Shown: positions 17,589-28,059, counted from the stretch's first letter. The stretch: DNA of 64,000 bases from an uncultured Candidatus Saccharibacteria bacterium (GCA_964636285.1 CAZWQF010000001.1:76908-140907); one strand, 5' to 3'. The notes: generated by a model from the letters alone, not told the origin. Numbers and translations are program-made.

Positions 17589-20500
17589 CTACTTAATTTG
17601 CATGAAAACCTTCACATCTTTATTAAGGTTTCCATTCATTAAATATGTGTTTCCATTTTTATCAAATTTTGGCTCAGTTCTAGTAACACTTTTTCCAAAA
17701 GGCTCGTCAAACATGATTGTGATGGGAATATTCTCTGTGCCCGGCTGTTTTTGCCAGTAAAGATTATAGATCTTTTCGTCTTTTCCAAGCGCCATATTTG
17801 CGGGTAGTGTGTAGTTGAAAATAAGCTCAAACGTTTCTGCTGGGTTTAGCGTAAAGTCGGTTTCAAGAACCTTCTTTCCAAATTCGCTTCCCTCCTTGAA
17901 CGCTTTTGTTTTTGTGATATCTGTTGTTTTTCCTTGCCCGTCTTTTGTGGTGACCGAATGAACAAACGAATCTTTATTAATCATAACTCTTACGTAATCC
18001 TTGTAAGGTCCTCCTGGCCATGCATTGTCTTTTCCGGTATGCACATACTTAAGAGTTAAAGTTCCTTCAAGCGATCCGTCTCTATAGTTATTTTTAAGCT
18101 CGTATTTGTATTCAGGCCTTACAAAGTAATTAGCTTTGTTCGACCCTACATTACTGTCCACAACCATAATAAAGTCTCCTTTGGTTTGATCAATTGCACC
18201 GTCCCAGCCTCTTTCGGAAATCATTTTGGCAATTTTACTGTCCGCCATTGCAAGTAAAATATGCTTTTCTTCAAGATTTTCCATCAGTTTTTGGGCAAGA
18301 GGAGCAACTTTTTCATTCGAAAGGGAAAAGAGTGTTTCCAAAAGTTTGCTTCCAAGAACAGTTAAATAATCTCTCTTTTGCTGTGAACCTGGTGTATAAG
18401 AAGCTTCTGCATGATACTGAGTTTTTTCATATACATTTCCTGAGTTTACCTCTTCATTGTACGCAGTTAGATATATAGGCCCTGTTACATCCAGAATGTC
18501 TTTAATTAACGTCATATCAATGCCAATCACACCGTTAAACTCAGTCCCATTTGCAGTGTTGTACAGTCTTGCAATTGTTTTAGCCGAATCTGGAAAATTT
18601 GGATTCCAGTTCCCATCTCTGATTCTTAGGAAATTTTGTTTTCCAAAAAGTTTAATTGGATCTGGCGCTGATTCTTTAAAGTTTGCCAAATCAAGAAGCC
18701 CATCAATGTTATAGATATCATCAATTGTAATTTCTTTGATTTTTCCTTCTTCCATTGAGAGCACGGCATAAGATCCTATAAACCCACCTGTTGCCCTAAT
18801 CTCATTTTGATTTTGGAATATGATCAAATACTTTCTTGGGTCCTTAACTCCAATAAGATCTGCTATTACTCCAGATGTGTTTTCTCCTACAGTTAAAGCT
18901 TCAATAACCTTTCCTGACATACCTGAAAACTCTTCAAGCTTCTTTTTTTGCGAAGGAAGAAGATAGCTTGTATCAAGTTCTTTGGCTTCTCCAACAGCTC
19001 TCTCAAGATTTTCTTTTGCACTCTTAAAGTTGAGCGACGCTTTTGAAAGATCTTCTTCATTTATCCCTGACTTTGAATTTGGCTTTATGTTACTCCAGAG
19101 ATTTCCATAAGGCTCTATTCCTTGCGATGCCTCCGTGATTGCAGTAGCGGTGTATTCCCCAATTCTTAAAGCTTTTGCGTAAGTTCTAAGTCTTCCCTCT
19201 TGCCTTGTAAGTACAAACATCCAGCCAAGTTTTGAAAATTCCTCTTTTGCTTTTGCAAATTCGGTTTTTGCTTTTGCTGAGCTATCCTTTGCTACTTGAA
19301 GGTTTAGTTTTTCCATTTGGGTTTTTGACGCGTTTAGGTTGTTAAACCCCGAATTCGCAAAGTAGGCTACTTGCACTGCAGGAACAACAGCCATAAAAAT
19401 TATTGCAGTAAAAACCGCAAAGCCTACAGCCCAAGGAATATACCTACCAAAGCCAGGCTTTCCTGTCTGAGATTTTGGTTTTGGCTCAGCCTTCTGCGTC
19501 TTTACTTGAGGGGTAGCAACATTTTGTTTTGCTGGTTTAACGGGCATGGGTACCACAGTCTGAGCAGGGACAATCAAGGGTGCAGTTGGAGTTGGTATTG
19601 TTGGGGCCGTTTGGACTTTTACTCCAGTGAATGTTGAGCCGTCCTTTGTGGTTTTTGGAGGAAGTAACATTGAGATCCAGTCGGAAAAAGACTTGGACTC
19701 TTTTTTGACTGGAGCAGGCTTTGGCGGAGTTAGCGAGACTGCCTGACCTGAAGTTTTGGCCTGCTCCTTGGTGTCTTTTAGACTTGTAATAGAATCTTCA
19801 ATTAATGGACTTTTTTCTATTTTTTCTAAAAACTTTGAGGGTTTAAAGGCTTTGTCATTGAATTCGTATGAATACCACTTTAAAGTTTTTGTGATGCCGT
19901 TTTTTAGGTCTGTTTTTGGTATCCATTTGAGATTTCTAGCTGTGTCACTGGTTGAGGCTCTTATCTCTCTAATTTTATCTGAAACTGCGTTTCTAAACTG
20001 AACTTGTGTTGAAGTGTTTGATAGGCCTTTTACAAGATAGGTAAGCTCTAAAGTGGTAATTGGTTCGTCGCTTGAGAATGTAAATATTTTTCCATCTGTG
20101 TCATCACTAAACACAGTTTTTACAAGTCCAGAAACTACGTCTGCAACAAAAAGATAGTAGTTTTTCTCAAGGCCGTCGCCAAATACTGTTAAGTCCTGAT
20201 GATCAAGGAGAAGCTTTGTGAGTCTTCCAAGCTCTCCTCCAGAAGTAAAGTCCATTCTTGGGCCAAATACTTCGCAGAGTCTGGCAATTCTTGCGTTGAT
20301 TTTATGCTTTTTGTGAAACTCCCAAACAAGTGCCTCCGCAAATCTTTTTGCCTCAATTTGAGAAAACTTATTTTCTTCCTGCTGAGTTCGGCCAAAGTAG
20401 TGCTCAAGGTCAACAGACGAAATAGCCCCTTCGTAAACATCAACAGAAGAGACAAGCAAAAACTTTGCATAAGACCTTTTTGCAAGTTCTAGAAGGTTTT

Positions 20501-20840
20501 TTGTACCTATGGCATTTGTTAAAAGCGAATCAAGGGTAATTTTTTGATCTCCATAAATATAAGATTCAAGACCTGCTAGGTGAAAAACATAGTCAACAGC
20601 TTCAACAATAGGCGGTATGCCGTTATTAATGTCCCATTCGATCAAAGAAAATTTGGGATTGTCCATCAGCGAGCTAAGATGGGCTTTTTTGCCTGTAGAG
20701 AAATTATCAAGTACAACAACACGAGCTCCGTTTACAAGCAGAGCTTCAACAAGATGAGAGCCTATAAAACCAGCTCCTCCTGCTACAAGTACAGTAGGTG
20801 CAAGGGCAGATTTTCTAATTGGTGTTGTATTTTCGGTCAT
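17589..20840 (-). CDS. Extended-SDR (UDP-glucuronate decarboxylase-like) domain, Pro/Lys linker, TM, DUF4012-like ectodomain
   Basis: GGAGFIGSHL, DNFSTG, FHLAG; later YLIIFQNQNEIRATGGFIGSY, RDGNWNPNFP, NKANYFV, QKQPG. Confidence 0.85.
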   Translation of the reverse strand: MTENTTPIRKSALAPTVLVAGGAGFIGSHLVEALLVNGARVVVLDNFSTGKKAHLSSLMDNPKFSLIEWDINNGIPPIVEAVDYVFHLAGLESYIYGDQKITLDSLLTNAIGTKNLLELAKRSYAKFLLVSSVDVYEGAISSVDLEHYFGRTQQEENKFSQIEAKRFAEALVWEFHKKHKINARIARLCEVFGPRMDFTSGGELGRLTKLLLDHQDLTVFGDGLEKNYYLFVADVVSGLVKTVFSDDTDGKIFTFSSDEPITTLELTYLVKGLSNTSTQVQFRNAVSDKIREIRASTSDTARNLKWIPKTDLKNGITKTLKWYSYEFNDKAFKPSKFLEKIEKSPLIEDSITSLKDTKEQAKTSGQAVSLTPPKPAPVKKESKSFSDWISMLLPPKTTKDGSTFTGVKVQTAPTIPTPTAPLIVPAQTVVPMPVKPAKQNVATPQVKTQKAEPKPKSQTGKPGFGRYIPWAVGFAVFTAIIFMAVVPAVQVAYFANSGFNNLNASKTQMEKLNLQVAKDSSAKAKTEFAKAKEEFSKLGWMFVLTRQEGRLRTYAKALRIGEYTATAITEASQGIEPYGNLWSNIKPNSKSGINEEDLSKASLNFKSAKENLERAVGEAKELDTSYLLPSQKKKLEEFSGMSGKVIEALTVGENTSGVIADLIGVKDPRKYLIIFQNQNEIRATGGFIGSYAVLSMEEGKIKEITIDDIYNIDGLLDLANFKESAPDPIKLFGKQNFLRIRDGNWNPNFPDSAKTIARLYNTANGTEFNGVIGIDMTLIKDILDVTGPIYLTAYNEEVNSGNVYEKTQYHAEASYTPGSQQKRDYLTVLGSKLLETLFSLSNEKVAPLAQKLMENLEEKHILLAMADSKIAKMISERGWDGAIDQTKGDFIMVVDSNVGSNKANYFVRPEYKYELKNNYRDGSLEGTLTLKYVHTGKDNAWPGGPYKDYVRVMINKDSFVHSVTTKDGQGKTTDITKTKAFKEGSEFGKKVLETDFTLNPAETFELIFNYTLPANMALGKDEKIYNLYWQKQPGTENIPITIMFDEPFGKSVTRTEPKFDKNGNTYLMNGNLNKDVKVFMQIK

Positions 20841-20919
20841 GGGCAGTTTTCTCGCTTTATACATTATATTTACACGGGGTTTTGTTGACAAGAACAAGCT
20901 GTTTGACGATAATCAGCCT

Positions 20920-21528
20920 GTGGAGTTAAAACAGCTTATAGCCATTATAAAAAGTAGACAAAAGTCACTGTTCATCACTAGTTTGGTGGTTTCACTTGTT
21001 TTGTACTTTGTTACATCTCAGCTCCCACCTTCGTACAAAGCATCCGCTACTATTTTTGTAAGAAGAGACGCTGAAGCAGGTTCCTCATCATTTTTTAGCT
21101 ATGATGGCTACTATTCAATTCAAACAGCAGAAAAATACACCGATACTGTTTTCGGATTATTAAAGAGCATTGACATAAGAAAACTGGCTTTGGAGAGGGT
21201 AGATATTCCGCAAACTACAAAAGAACTTGGAAGGCTTGAAAAATCGGTTCTGGTAAAGAGGGTTGGACCTCAGGCTGTTTCGCTTACTGTTTCGTCAAAA
21301 AATAGGCAATATGCCGGATCTGTCTTTAAATCAATGGTGGAATCTCTAATTACAAGAAGCCAAGAGATAAACAAGCTAGGGGATAAAAGGCTTTCCATTA
21401 CTTTAGTTGAGGAAGAGCCCATTATTACAGAGACAACCGTACCCCCGTTTTTGGTAGCAATTTCTGGTTTTATTTTGTGCTTTTCGGGAATGACTTTTGG
21501 TTTTGTTGTAAGAAAATACTTACTATGA
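20920..21528 (+). CDS. Wzz/YveK-like polysaccharide chain-length/capsule protein
   Basis: ELKQLIAII, TM, PPSYKASATIFV, C-terminal TM; TTGACA-17-GATAAT ends 6 nt before GTG. Confidence 0.75.
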   Translation: MELKQLIAIIKSRQKSLFITSLVVSLVLYFVTSQLPPSYKASATIFVRRDAEAGSSSFFSYDGYYSIQTAEKYTDTVFGLLKSIDIRKLALERVDIPQTTKELGRLEKSVLVKRVGPQAVSLTVSSKNRQYAGSVFKSMVESLITRSQEINKLGDKRLSITLVEEEPIITETTVPPFLVAISGFILCFSGMTFGFVVRKYLL

Positions 21529-21947
21529 TTTTTTTGAATACCGATGGGGGAGCTAGGGGAAATCCTGGACCATCAGCAGTAGCATTTGTTTTATCTGATA
21601 CTGAGGGAAAAATTTTGAATTCAGGTGGCGAATATCTTGGTGCAGCAACAAATAATTTTGCCGAATATAAAGCCTTGATTTTAGGACTTACCGAAGCATT
21701 AAGAAATGGCTATAAAACTCTGACATGTAGACTTGATAGCGAGCTTGTAGTTAAGCAGTTAAGTGGCGAATACTCCGTAAAAGATGTGCACCTAAAAGAT
21801 TTGTATAATCACATCCAGCTCCTGAAAAAAGACTTTGATTTTGTGAGCTTTAATCATGTTCCAAGAAAAGAAAATAAAGAGGCAGATAGTCTAGTGAACC
21901 AAGTCCTAGATTCCCAATTATCTGCCCGGGAGACTAAAACCCACTGA
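21525..21947 (+). CDS. rnhA: Ribonuclease HI family protein (YpdQ/Rv2228c-like)
   Basis: TDGGARGNPG, TNNFAEY, DSELVV, HVPRKENKEAD. Confidence 0.9.
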   Translation: MIFLNTDGGARGNPGPSAVAFVLSDTEGKILNSGGEYLGAATNNFAEYKALILGLTEALRNGYKTLTCRLDSELVVKQLSGEYSVKDVHLKDLYNHIQLLKKDFDFVSFNHVPRKENKEADSLVNQVLDSQLSARETKTH

Positions 21948-21984
21948 AATCAACAAAATCTGTTGGTTCTCAGTTGCCCTAAAG

Positions 21985-22491
21985 ATGGAAGAAAGTAAAA
22001 AACTGAAAATCCTAACAAGCACATTTAAAAGCCCTACTTTGGGAACACTCAAACTTGAGCATGTTCTTACAAACATTTCCGAATACATTAAAGCCGCTCC
22101 AAATTATAAATATAAGCTAATTATTGGCACGGACTCAGAAGCAAAGTATGGAAAAGACGTGGATTTTATTACTGCAATAGTTCTTCACAGAGTTGGGGCC
22201 GGAGGAATTTATTTTTGGAGGCGCTCCCTCTGCTCCACTTTTTACACATTAAAAGAAAGGATTTATCAGGAAGCCGTTATCTCAATTGAGTTTGCTCAAG
22301 ATTTTTTTGAGGTAATTCAGGATGAAGAAATCTTAGTATGTGATTTTGAAATCCATCTTGATATGGGAAAAGTTGGGGAGACTAGAGAGATTATTAATGA
22401 GGTTGCATCAATGATTAGAAGTAGTGGTTTTGAGGTTAAAACAAAGCCAGACTCTTTTGGCGCCTCAAAAATTGCCGACCGTTACACATAA
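21985..22491 (+). CDS. YkuK/DUF458 RNase H-like protein
   Basis: IGTDSE, GAGGIYF, EIHLD, KPDSFGASKIAD. Confidence 0.85.
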   Translation: MEESKKLKILTSTFKSPTLGTLKLEHVLTNISEYIKAAPNYKYKLIIGTDSEAKYGKDVDFITAIVLHRVGAGGIYFWRRSLCSTFYTLKERIYQEAVISIEFAQDFFEVIQDEEILVCDFEIHLDMGKVGETREIINEVASMIRSSGFEVKTKPDSFGASKIADRYT

Positions 22492-22548
22492 TCACAAAAC
22501 TACAGGTTTAATAAGACTACCCACCATTGTATAATCTTTTTTGCTGAT

Positions 22549-23526
22549 ATGACCTCAAACCGCATGGCAAAAGAAAAATTGCCGTACATACCACCAATGC
22601 CGGAAAAGCCAAAACCTCCGCAGCCTTTGCAAGGTCTTTCTGCCCTTCAGAGAGCCATTTTAAAGACATTTGCCTATAGAAATGTTTTTTCCTATCCAAT
22701 CACTTTTTACCAAGCTTTTTGCTTTTTAAACTTTGAGGCGCTGCCTGAACAGGACAAGCCAAAAACTTTTGAAGATTTTAAAGACGCTTTTGTTTCGCTC
22801 GTAAAAAATAAAAAAATTCTTTTTAGGGATAACTTTTTTTACACAGATAAGATAGACGTTCTTTTGAGACTCGAAAGGGAAAAGCGATCACTAGATCTAA
22901 CAGCATCCGCTCAGAAGGTAGCAAATTTTCTTGGGTTGTTCCCATTTATTCAGTTAATTTGTTTGACGGGTGCCGTTGCTGCAGGGAACTCTCCTAAAGA
23001 GGATGACATAGACATACTGATTGTTGCCAAAAAAGAAAGGCTTTGGCTCACAAGGTTTGTTGTTGTTCTGGCCTTGAAGTTGGCAAGAATTTATAGAACA
23101 GACCGCCACGAAGCAGGAAAAATTTGCCCTAACATTTTTATTGAGGACTCCTCTCTTGAGTGGGTAGGGAATAGGAATATTTATACAGCGCATGAAATTG
23201 CCATGATGAAGCCTCTTTTTGACAGAGGCCATTTTTATTTGCAGTTTCTTTCACAAAACGCATGGGTTACAAACTACCTTGGAAACTTGGTCTTTGAAGC
23301 TGTCCAAACACCAATCCAAAAAGCAAACCACGGCTTTTTTAATAGGGCACTCGACCACCTGGAAATACTTTTGATGAAAGTGCAGCTGTGGTACATGCAA
23401 AACAAAAAAACTGTTGAAGTGACTACTGATAAGCTCATCCATTTTAATCGAGATGACAACACTATGAGAATTTTAGAGAGATATAAATTCGAATGCCAAA
23501 AGCTTGGAATCCCACTTACTACTTAA
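22549..23526 (+). CDS. Nucleotidyltransferase-fold protein
   Basis: TGAVAAG...DDIDILIV, LWLTR, KICPN, YTAHEI. Confidence 0.7.
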   Translation: MTSNRMAKEKLPYIPPMPEKPKPPQPLQGLSALQRAILKTFAYRNVFSYPITFYQAFCFLNFEALPEQDKPKTFEDFKDAFVSLVKNKKILFRDNFFYTDKIDVLLRLEREKRSLDLTASAQKVANFLGLFPFIQLICLTGAVAAGNSPKEDDIDILIVAKKERLWLTRFVVVLALKLARIYRTDRHEAGKICPNIFIEDSSLEWVGNRNIYTAHEIAMMKPLFDRGHFYLQFLSQNAWVTNYLGNLVFEAVQTPIQKANHGFFNRALDHLEILLMKVQLWYMQNKKTVEVTTDKLIHFNRDDNTMRILERYKFECQKLGIPLTT

Positions 23527-24484
23527 TAATATTTTTGATAATAAGGTTTCTTAAATCGTCAGCTTTTTGCAATTTTCCGTGAGAAACTACACCAACAAGT
23601 TCCCCACTTTGAGTTATGATGGGCGAGCCTGATGTCAGATTTTTTGCTGTTGACTCAAGCTCTGTTCGCTTAACTGCTGAAATTGTGTGTTCAGAGGTCA
23701 CTATTTCTCTGGGCTTCCAGTTCATGTCGCCATTTTCTTTAAGCTCAAAGTTGCTATTGTTATTTGGGTTTGAAATATAAAACGAATAAATCTGTTTTCC
23801 GGTTCTCAAAATTTCTTGCAATGTTGGTAATCCACTATCAATAAAGTCTTGGTTTTTATTGTCAATTTTAATTAGAGCTACACTGCTTTGAAGGTCTATG
23901 ATTTTTGCTTCTTTTTCTTCAGCACCATATTCAACAAGAATATTTGACGAGTCTATTTTAAAGTTTACTGTTCCTGAGTCCATCCCCTCTAAAATTTGTT
24001 CCATACTTATAGATGATTCCTTTGGGTTTAGAAAGAGGCCATTATTTTCTGCGTTAATTAAAAGCTCTTTTGGTAAGCTAATAAGCGTGTCCGTGCTTGT
24101 AGCAATTAATCCATTTTGATCAACAAAAAAGCCAAGCCCTAGAGTTTGAGAACAGAAAGGAATATAACTTTTATCTATACCTATTCCTAGTTTTGATGCT
24201 AATGAGGGTAGTAGCGTAACGCTTGCACAATATTTTTTTGAAACCGAAACAAGTGACTTTCTTGCGTTAAAGATTACCGCCTCTTCCTTGGTCAGAGGTT
24301 TTCTGTCCGAGGCACCTTTAACGCTTTGAATTGCCGAAGATGTATCGTAGAAATATCTTGCTTCCTGGTCTTTTGAGTAGATGGCAATGTAAATTGCAAC
24401 ACAAATAAAAACTACAGAAAAAGCAAAGTTTATTATAAGAAGGTATTTGGAGAGGCGACTTTGCCTCTTTCTTATTTCGTCCAC
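23519..24484 (-). CDS. Membrane-anchored degenerate trypsin-like (S1C/HtrA-like) protein
   Basis: GLGFFVDQNGLIAT, VALIKID, SGSPII..SGELVGVV; catalytic His not found. Confidence 0.6.
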   Translation of the reverse strand: MDEIRKRQSRLSKYLLIINFAFSVVFICVAIYIAIYSKDQEARYFYDTSSAIQSVKGASDRKPLTKEEAVIFNARKSLVSVSKKYCASVTLLPSLASKLGIGIDKSYIPFCSQTLGLGFFVDQNGLIATSTDTLISLPKELLINAENNGLFLNPKESSISMEQILEGMDSGTVNFKIDSSNILVEYGAEEKEAKIIDLQSSVALIKIDNKNQDFIDSGLPTLQEILRTGKQIYSFYISNPNNNSNFELKENGDMNWKPREIVTSEHTISAVKRTELESTAKNLTSGSPIITQSGELVGVVSHGKLQKADDLRNLIIKNIIK

Positions 24485-24511
24485 ATAAATATTATAACAG
24501 TAGCTTTCTAC

Positions 24512-24540
24512 AAAAAGGCCGGGGTTTTATTCCCGGCCTT
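24512..24540 (-). terminator. groEL terminator
   Basis: AAGGCCGGG / CCCGGCCTT with U tail on the minus strand. Confidence 0.8.
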
Positions 24541-24584
24541 AATTTTTGCTTTAGTTGTAGGGTTTTAGTGTCCCGGACTGAAAG

Positions 24585-26246
24585 CTACATGCCCATGTCC
24601 ATACCGCCCATTCCTCCCATACCCCCTGGCATTCCGCCCATGGCTGGTTTTTCTTTTTCAGGAACGTCTGTTACAAGCGTCTCAGTTGTAAGAACCATAG
24701 TTGCAACTGACACCGCATTTTGAAGTGCACTTCTTGTAACTTTTGCAGGGTCTGCAATTCCACTCTTGATCATGTCCTCAAACTGAAGCGTGAGAACATT
24801 AAATCCAGTGTTATCGTTTGCCTTTCCGTTTTCCATTCGTGTTTCAATTTCTTTTACTACCCAGCCCGCATCAACTCCTGCGTTTTCAGCAATCATTCTT
24901 AGTGGCTTATCCAGTGCTGTGTAAAGGATGTTTGCTCCTGTTAGTTCATCGCCTTCAAGTTTGAGTTTTTTGATTGCTCTTCTTGCTTTTAGAAGTGCAA
25001 CTCCGCCTCCAGCAACAATTCCTTCCTCAACGGCTGCTTTTGTTGCATTAACTGCGTCCTCAACTCTTAACTTCTTCTCTTTGAGCTCTGTTTCTGTAGC
25101 AGCTCCAACACTAACTACCGCAACTCCGCCTGTAAGCTTTGCAAGTCTTTCTTGAAGCTTTTCTTTATCGTAGCTTGAGTCACTTGAATCCATTTGCTTT
25201 TGAAGCATTGCAACTCTTGAAGTTATATCGGCTTTTTTGCCTTTTCCTCCAACAATTACGGCGTCATCTTTTGTAGCAACAACCCTGTCGGCTTTTCCAA
25301 GGTCTTCTACTTTTACCGAATCGAGTTTTCGCCCAAGATCTTCGGAAATTAATGTTCCACCTGTTAGGACTGCAATATCAGTAAGCATCTCTTTTCTTCT
25401 ATCGCCAAAGCCTGGTGCTTTTATTGCAAGGACATTAAATGTTCCTCTGAGCTTGTTTACAACTAATGTTGCCAAGGCTTCTCCATCAACATCGTCAGCA
25501 ATAATTACAAAGTTTTTGCTGATCTTGATGAGGTTTTCAAGCATAGGAAGCAAATCTTGAATCGAAGAAATTTTTGTATCTGTGATTAAAATGTGTGGCG
25601 TTTCAATCACCGCCTCCATTTTTTCTGGATTTGTCACAAAGTACGGAGATGCGTAACCTTTATCAAGTTGCATACCTTCTTTGTACGAAACTTCCATCTT
25701 AAGACCCTTTGATTCTTCAACTGTAATCACGCCGTTATTTCCAACTTTTTCCATTGCATCTGCAATTAAGTTTCCAATCTCTGCGCTTGCAGCTGAAATT
25801 GTTGCAACCTGAGCTTTTTCTTCTGTTGTTGTGATCTTTTTGCTCATGGATTTAACTTCTGCAACAACTGCTTCAGCAGCCTTCTCAAGGCCGTTTCTGA
25901 TTGTCATTGGGTTTGCACCAGACGAAACATTTTTAAGTCCTTCGTCAATAATTGCTTGTGCAAGTAGGGTAGAGGTGGTTGTACCGTCCCCTGCAACATC
26001 ATTTGTTTTGGAAGATGCTTCTTTCACAAGCTGTGCACCCATATTTTCAAATGGATCTTCAAGTTCTATGTCTTTTGCAACAGTTACTCCGTCGTGAATA
26101 ACACTTGGGGCTCCCCATTTTCTATCAAGTGCAACATTTCTTCCTTTAGGTCCAAGAGTTGTAACAACTGCTTTTGCAAGCTTATCAACTCCTACTTTAA
26201 GTTTTCTTCTTGCTTCATCTCCGTATAATATTTGTTTTGCTGCCAT
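24585..26246 (-). CDS. groL: Chaperonin GroEL
   Basis: [28 protein letters not shown] tail. Confidence 0.99.
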   Translation of the reverse strand: MAAKQILYGDEARRKLKVGVDKLAKAVVTTLGPKGRNVALDRKWGAPSVIHDGVTVAKDIELEDPFENMGAQLVKEASSKTNDVAGDGTTTSTLLAQAIIDEGLKNVSSGANPMTIRNGLEKAAEAVVAEVKSMSKKITTTEEKAQVATISAASAEIGNLIADAMEKVGNNGVITVEESKGLKMEVSYKEGMQLDKGYASPYFVTNPEKMEAVIETPHILITDTKISSIQDLLPMLENLIKISKNFVIIADDVDGEALATLVVNKLRGTFNVLAIKAPGFGDRRKEMLTDIAVLTGGTLISEDLGRKLDSVKVEDLGKADRVVATKDDAVIVGGKGKKADITSRVAMLQKQMDSSDSSYDKEKLQERLAKLTGGVAVVSVGAATETELKEKKLRVEDAVNATKAAVEEGIVAGGGVALLKARRAIKKLKLEGDELTGANILYTALDKPLRMIAENAGVDAGWVVKEIETRMENGKANDNTGFNVLTLQFEDMIKSGIADPAKVTRSALQNAVSVATMVLTTETLVTDVPEKEKPAMGGMPGGMGGMGGMDMGM

Positions 26247-26261
26247 AATTTACTCCTTTCC

Positions 26262-26552
26262 TTACTCTATAACTGCGAGGATGTCTTCCTCTTTAACCAG
26301 TAAATACTCTTTGTTGTCCACTTTGAGGTCATTTCCGCCCCATTTTTTGTAGTAGACCTGATCTCCAACTTTTACATCTAGTTTGATATTTTTGCCCGAT
26401 TCGTCTTTTTTACCTGGGCCTGTAGCTATTACTTTGCCTTCTTGAGGCTTTTCTTTGGAAGTTTCTGGTAAAACAATACCTGATGCTGTTGTTGCATCTT
26501 TTGCCGTTTTAGGCTCAATAAGAATATAGTCTGAAAGTGGTTTAACTTTCAT
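26262..26552 (-). CDS. groS: Co-chaperonin GroES
   Basis: KPLSDYILI, TASGIVLP, VKVGD, EEDILA. Confidence 0.98.
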   Translation of the reverse strand: MKVKPLSDYILIEPKTAKDATTASGIVLPETSKEKPQEGKVIATGPGKKDESGKNIKLDVKVGDQVYYKKWGGNDLKVDNKEYLLVKEEDILAVIE

Positions 26553-26636
26553 GAAAATACCTCCTTTATTTTAAAATTGATACTTTAGTAAATACGGAAA
26601 AATACCGTAGCTAAAGGAAATACCTGTAGCCTTAAA

Positions 26637-26666
26637 TATATAGCAGACTACCACTTAGAGTGTCAA
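26637..26666 (-). promoter_or_regulatory. groESL promoter with overlapping CIRCE-like inverted repeat
   Basis: TTGACACTC-N9-GTCTGCTAT versus consensus TTAGCACTC-N9-GAGTGCTAA; TTGACA doubles as the -35. Confidence 0.7.
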
Positions 26667-26678
26667 GTATCTGAATTT

Positions 26679-26753
26679 TGGAGGCCTGAGCCGGAATCGA
26701 ACCGGCGCATAGGAGTTTTGCAGACTCCCGCCTTACCACTTGGCTATCAGGCC
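26679..26753 (-). tRNA. tRNA-Cys(GCA)
   Basis: GGCCTGA/TCAGGCC acceptor stem, GGAGT-CTGCAAA-ACTCC anticodon arm, TTCGATT T-loop, encoded CCA. Confidence 0.97.
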
Positions 26754-26775
26754 ATGATGGCTTATTATACTACCT

Positions 26776-28059
26776 ATGTTGCCCGAAAGTAATTCCTCAA
26801 TTACCTCGCTTCAAGGACCCATAGGGGATAACACCTTGTTTAGCGGTTCACAAAGCCAAAAAGGTTCAAATCCAGTTAAGAAAGCCGTCCTTGTAGTAGT
26901 AGCGCTTCTAAGCGTTGGTCTTGCAGGTTTTCTAGCTTTTAAGCTTTACCAGAACAGGTCTAGCTTTATGTCTTACGCTGGCCTTGCAGTTGATGTAAAA
27001 AATGGCCCTGCTGATGTTTATGTTGACGGAGTAAAGCTTGGTCAGACTCCTTTTGAATCTAAAAGCATAAAAACTGGCACCCACACGGTAAAAATCCAAA
27101 AGGATGATCTTGTGTATGAAACTTCTGCAGAATTCACAAAAAGTTCTCAGGTTGTAATTAACAGAGACTTGGGAGTCTCAAAAGCTTTTTCGTCTGGACA
27201 AGCTTTTTGGCTTGATTCCAAGGATCTCAGCTCAAAGTTAAATGTGATTTCAACCCCTTCGGACGCAACTGTTTATATTGATGACGTAGAATCTGGAAAA
27301 ACTCCATACACTTCCACAATTTTGACTGATGGCGAATATGACCTAAAAATCCAAAAAGATGGCTATGAAGCTCAAACAGCCAGAATCAAGATTCAAAAAG
27401 GCTTAAAGCTCAATGTTTCAGTACAGCTGTTTTTACTTCCTGTTCCCGAAAAACTAACAGCATTGTCGGGCTCCAAAACCGTTTACGACCTTTCTTCGGA
27501 CATAAATGATTTGACGCTTGATGTTCCTTCATGGGTCAAAGGAGTCATTTACATGACCGAATCAAGAGGCAGCTCAACGAGATTCTCATACTACGTGGAC
27601 TACTCAGGAAACGTTTTTGATTCTAGCGGAAAACAGCAACCAAAAGATGTAAAAATCGAATTAAAAGCTGGTGATTCAATTGCATACCTTGGTAAAAAAT
27701 CTGATAACGGAACTACCGACTTTGCCAAATTGGCTTTTGCAAACTTTGTGGGCTTGGATACAACTGGCATAGGAACAGCCTCTACAGGTTCCACAAAAAC
27801 AACGGAAACTAAAGTGACTACAACTACCACACCTACTGTTACAAGTGTTGTAGGTCAGAAAGTAAAAGTTTCTGCAACTCCAACAGGATGGCTTAGAGTT
27901 AGAAAAACTCCAGGGCTTAGCGGGGCAGAAATATCAAAACTTAACGTAGGGGATACTGCAACAGTGCTTGAGGAGAAAGCTGGTTGGTACAGAATAAATA
28001 CTCTTACTGCAGGAGAAGGCTGGATTTCTTCTGCCTACACTCAAGTTGTTAAAGAGTGA
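26776..28059 (+). CDS. Membrane-anchored PEGA-repeat protein with C-terminal SH3b domain
   Basis: ADVYVDG..GQTP, STPSDATVYIDD..GKTP; Thr-rich linker; LRVRKTPG..WYRI..GWIS. Confidence 0.85.
   Translation: MLPESNSSITSLQGPIGDNTLFSGSQSQKGSNPVKKAVLVVVALLSVGLAGFLAFKLYQNRSSFMSYAGLAVDVKNGPADVYVDGVKLGQTPFESKSIKTGTHTVKIQKDDLVYETSAEFTKSSQVVINRDLGVSKAFSSGQAFWLDSKDLSSKLNVISTPSDATVYIDDVESGKTPYTSTILTDGEYDLKIQKDGYEAQTARIKIQKGLKLNVSVQLFLLPVPEKLTALSGSKTVYDLSSDINDLTLDVPSWVKGVIYMTESRGSSTRFSYYVDYSGNVFDSSGKQQPKDVKIELKAGDSIAYLGKKSDNGTTDFAKLAFANFVGLDTTGIGTASTGSTKTTETKVTTTTTPTVTSVVGQKVKVSATPTGWLRVRKTPGLSGAEISKLNVGDTATVLEEKAGWYRINTLTAGEGWISSAYTQVVKE

Noticed and set aside
24588-24640. GGM repeats of GroEL and the Gly-rich tail at 47394-47470 as tandem repeats
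   Set aside because: Normal low-complexity C-termini of GroEL and DUF2207 proteins
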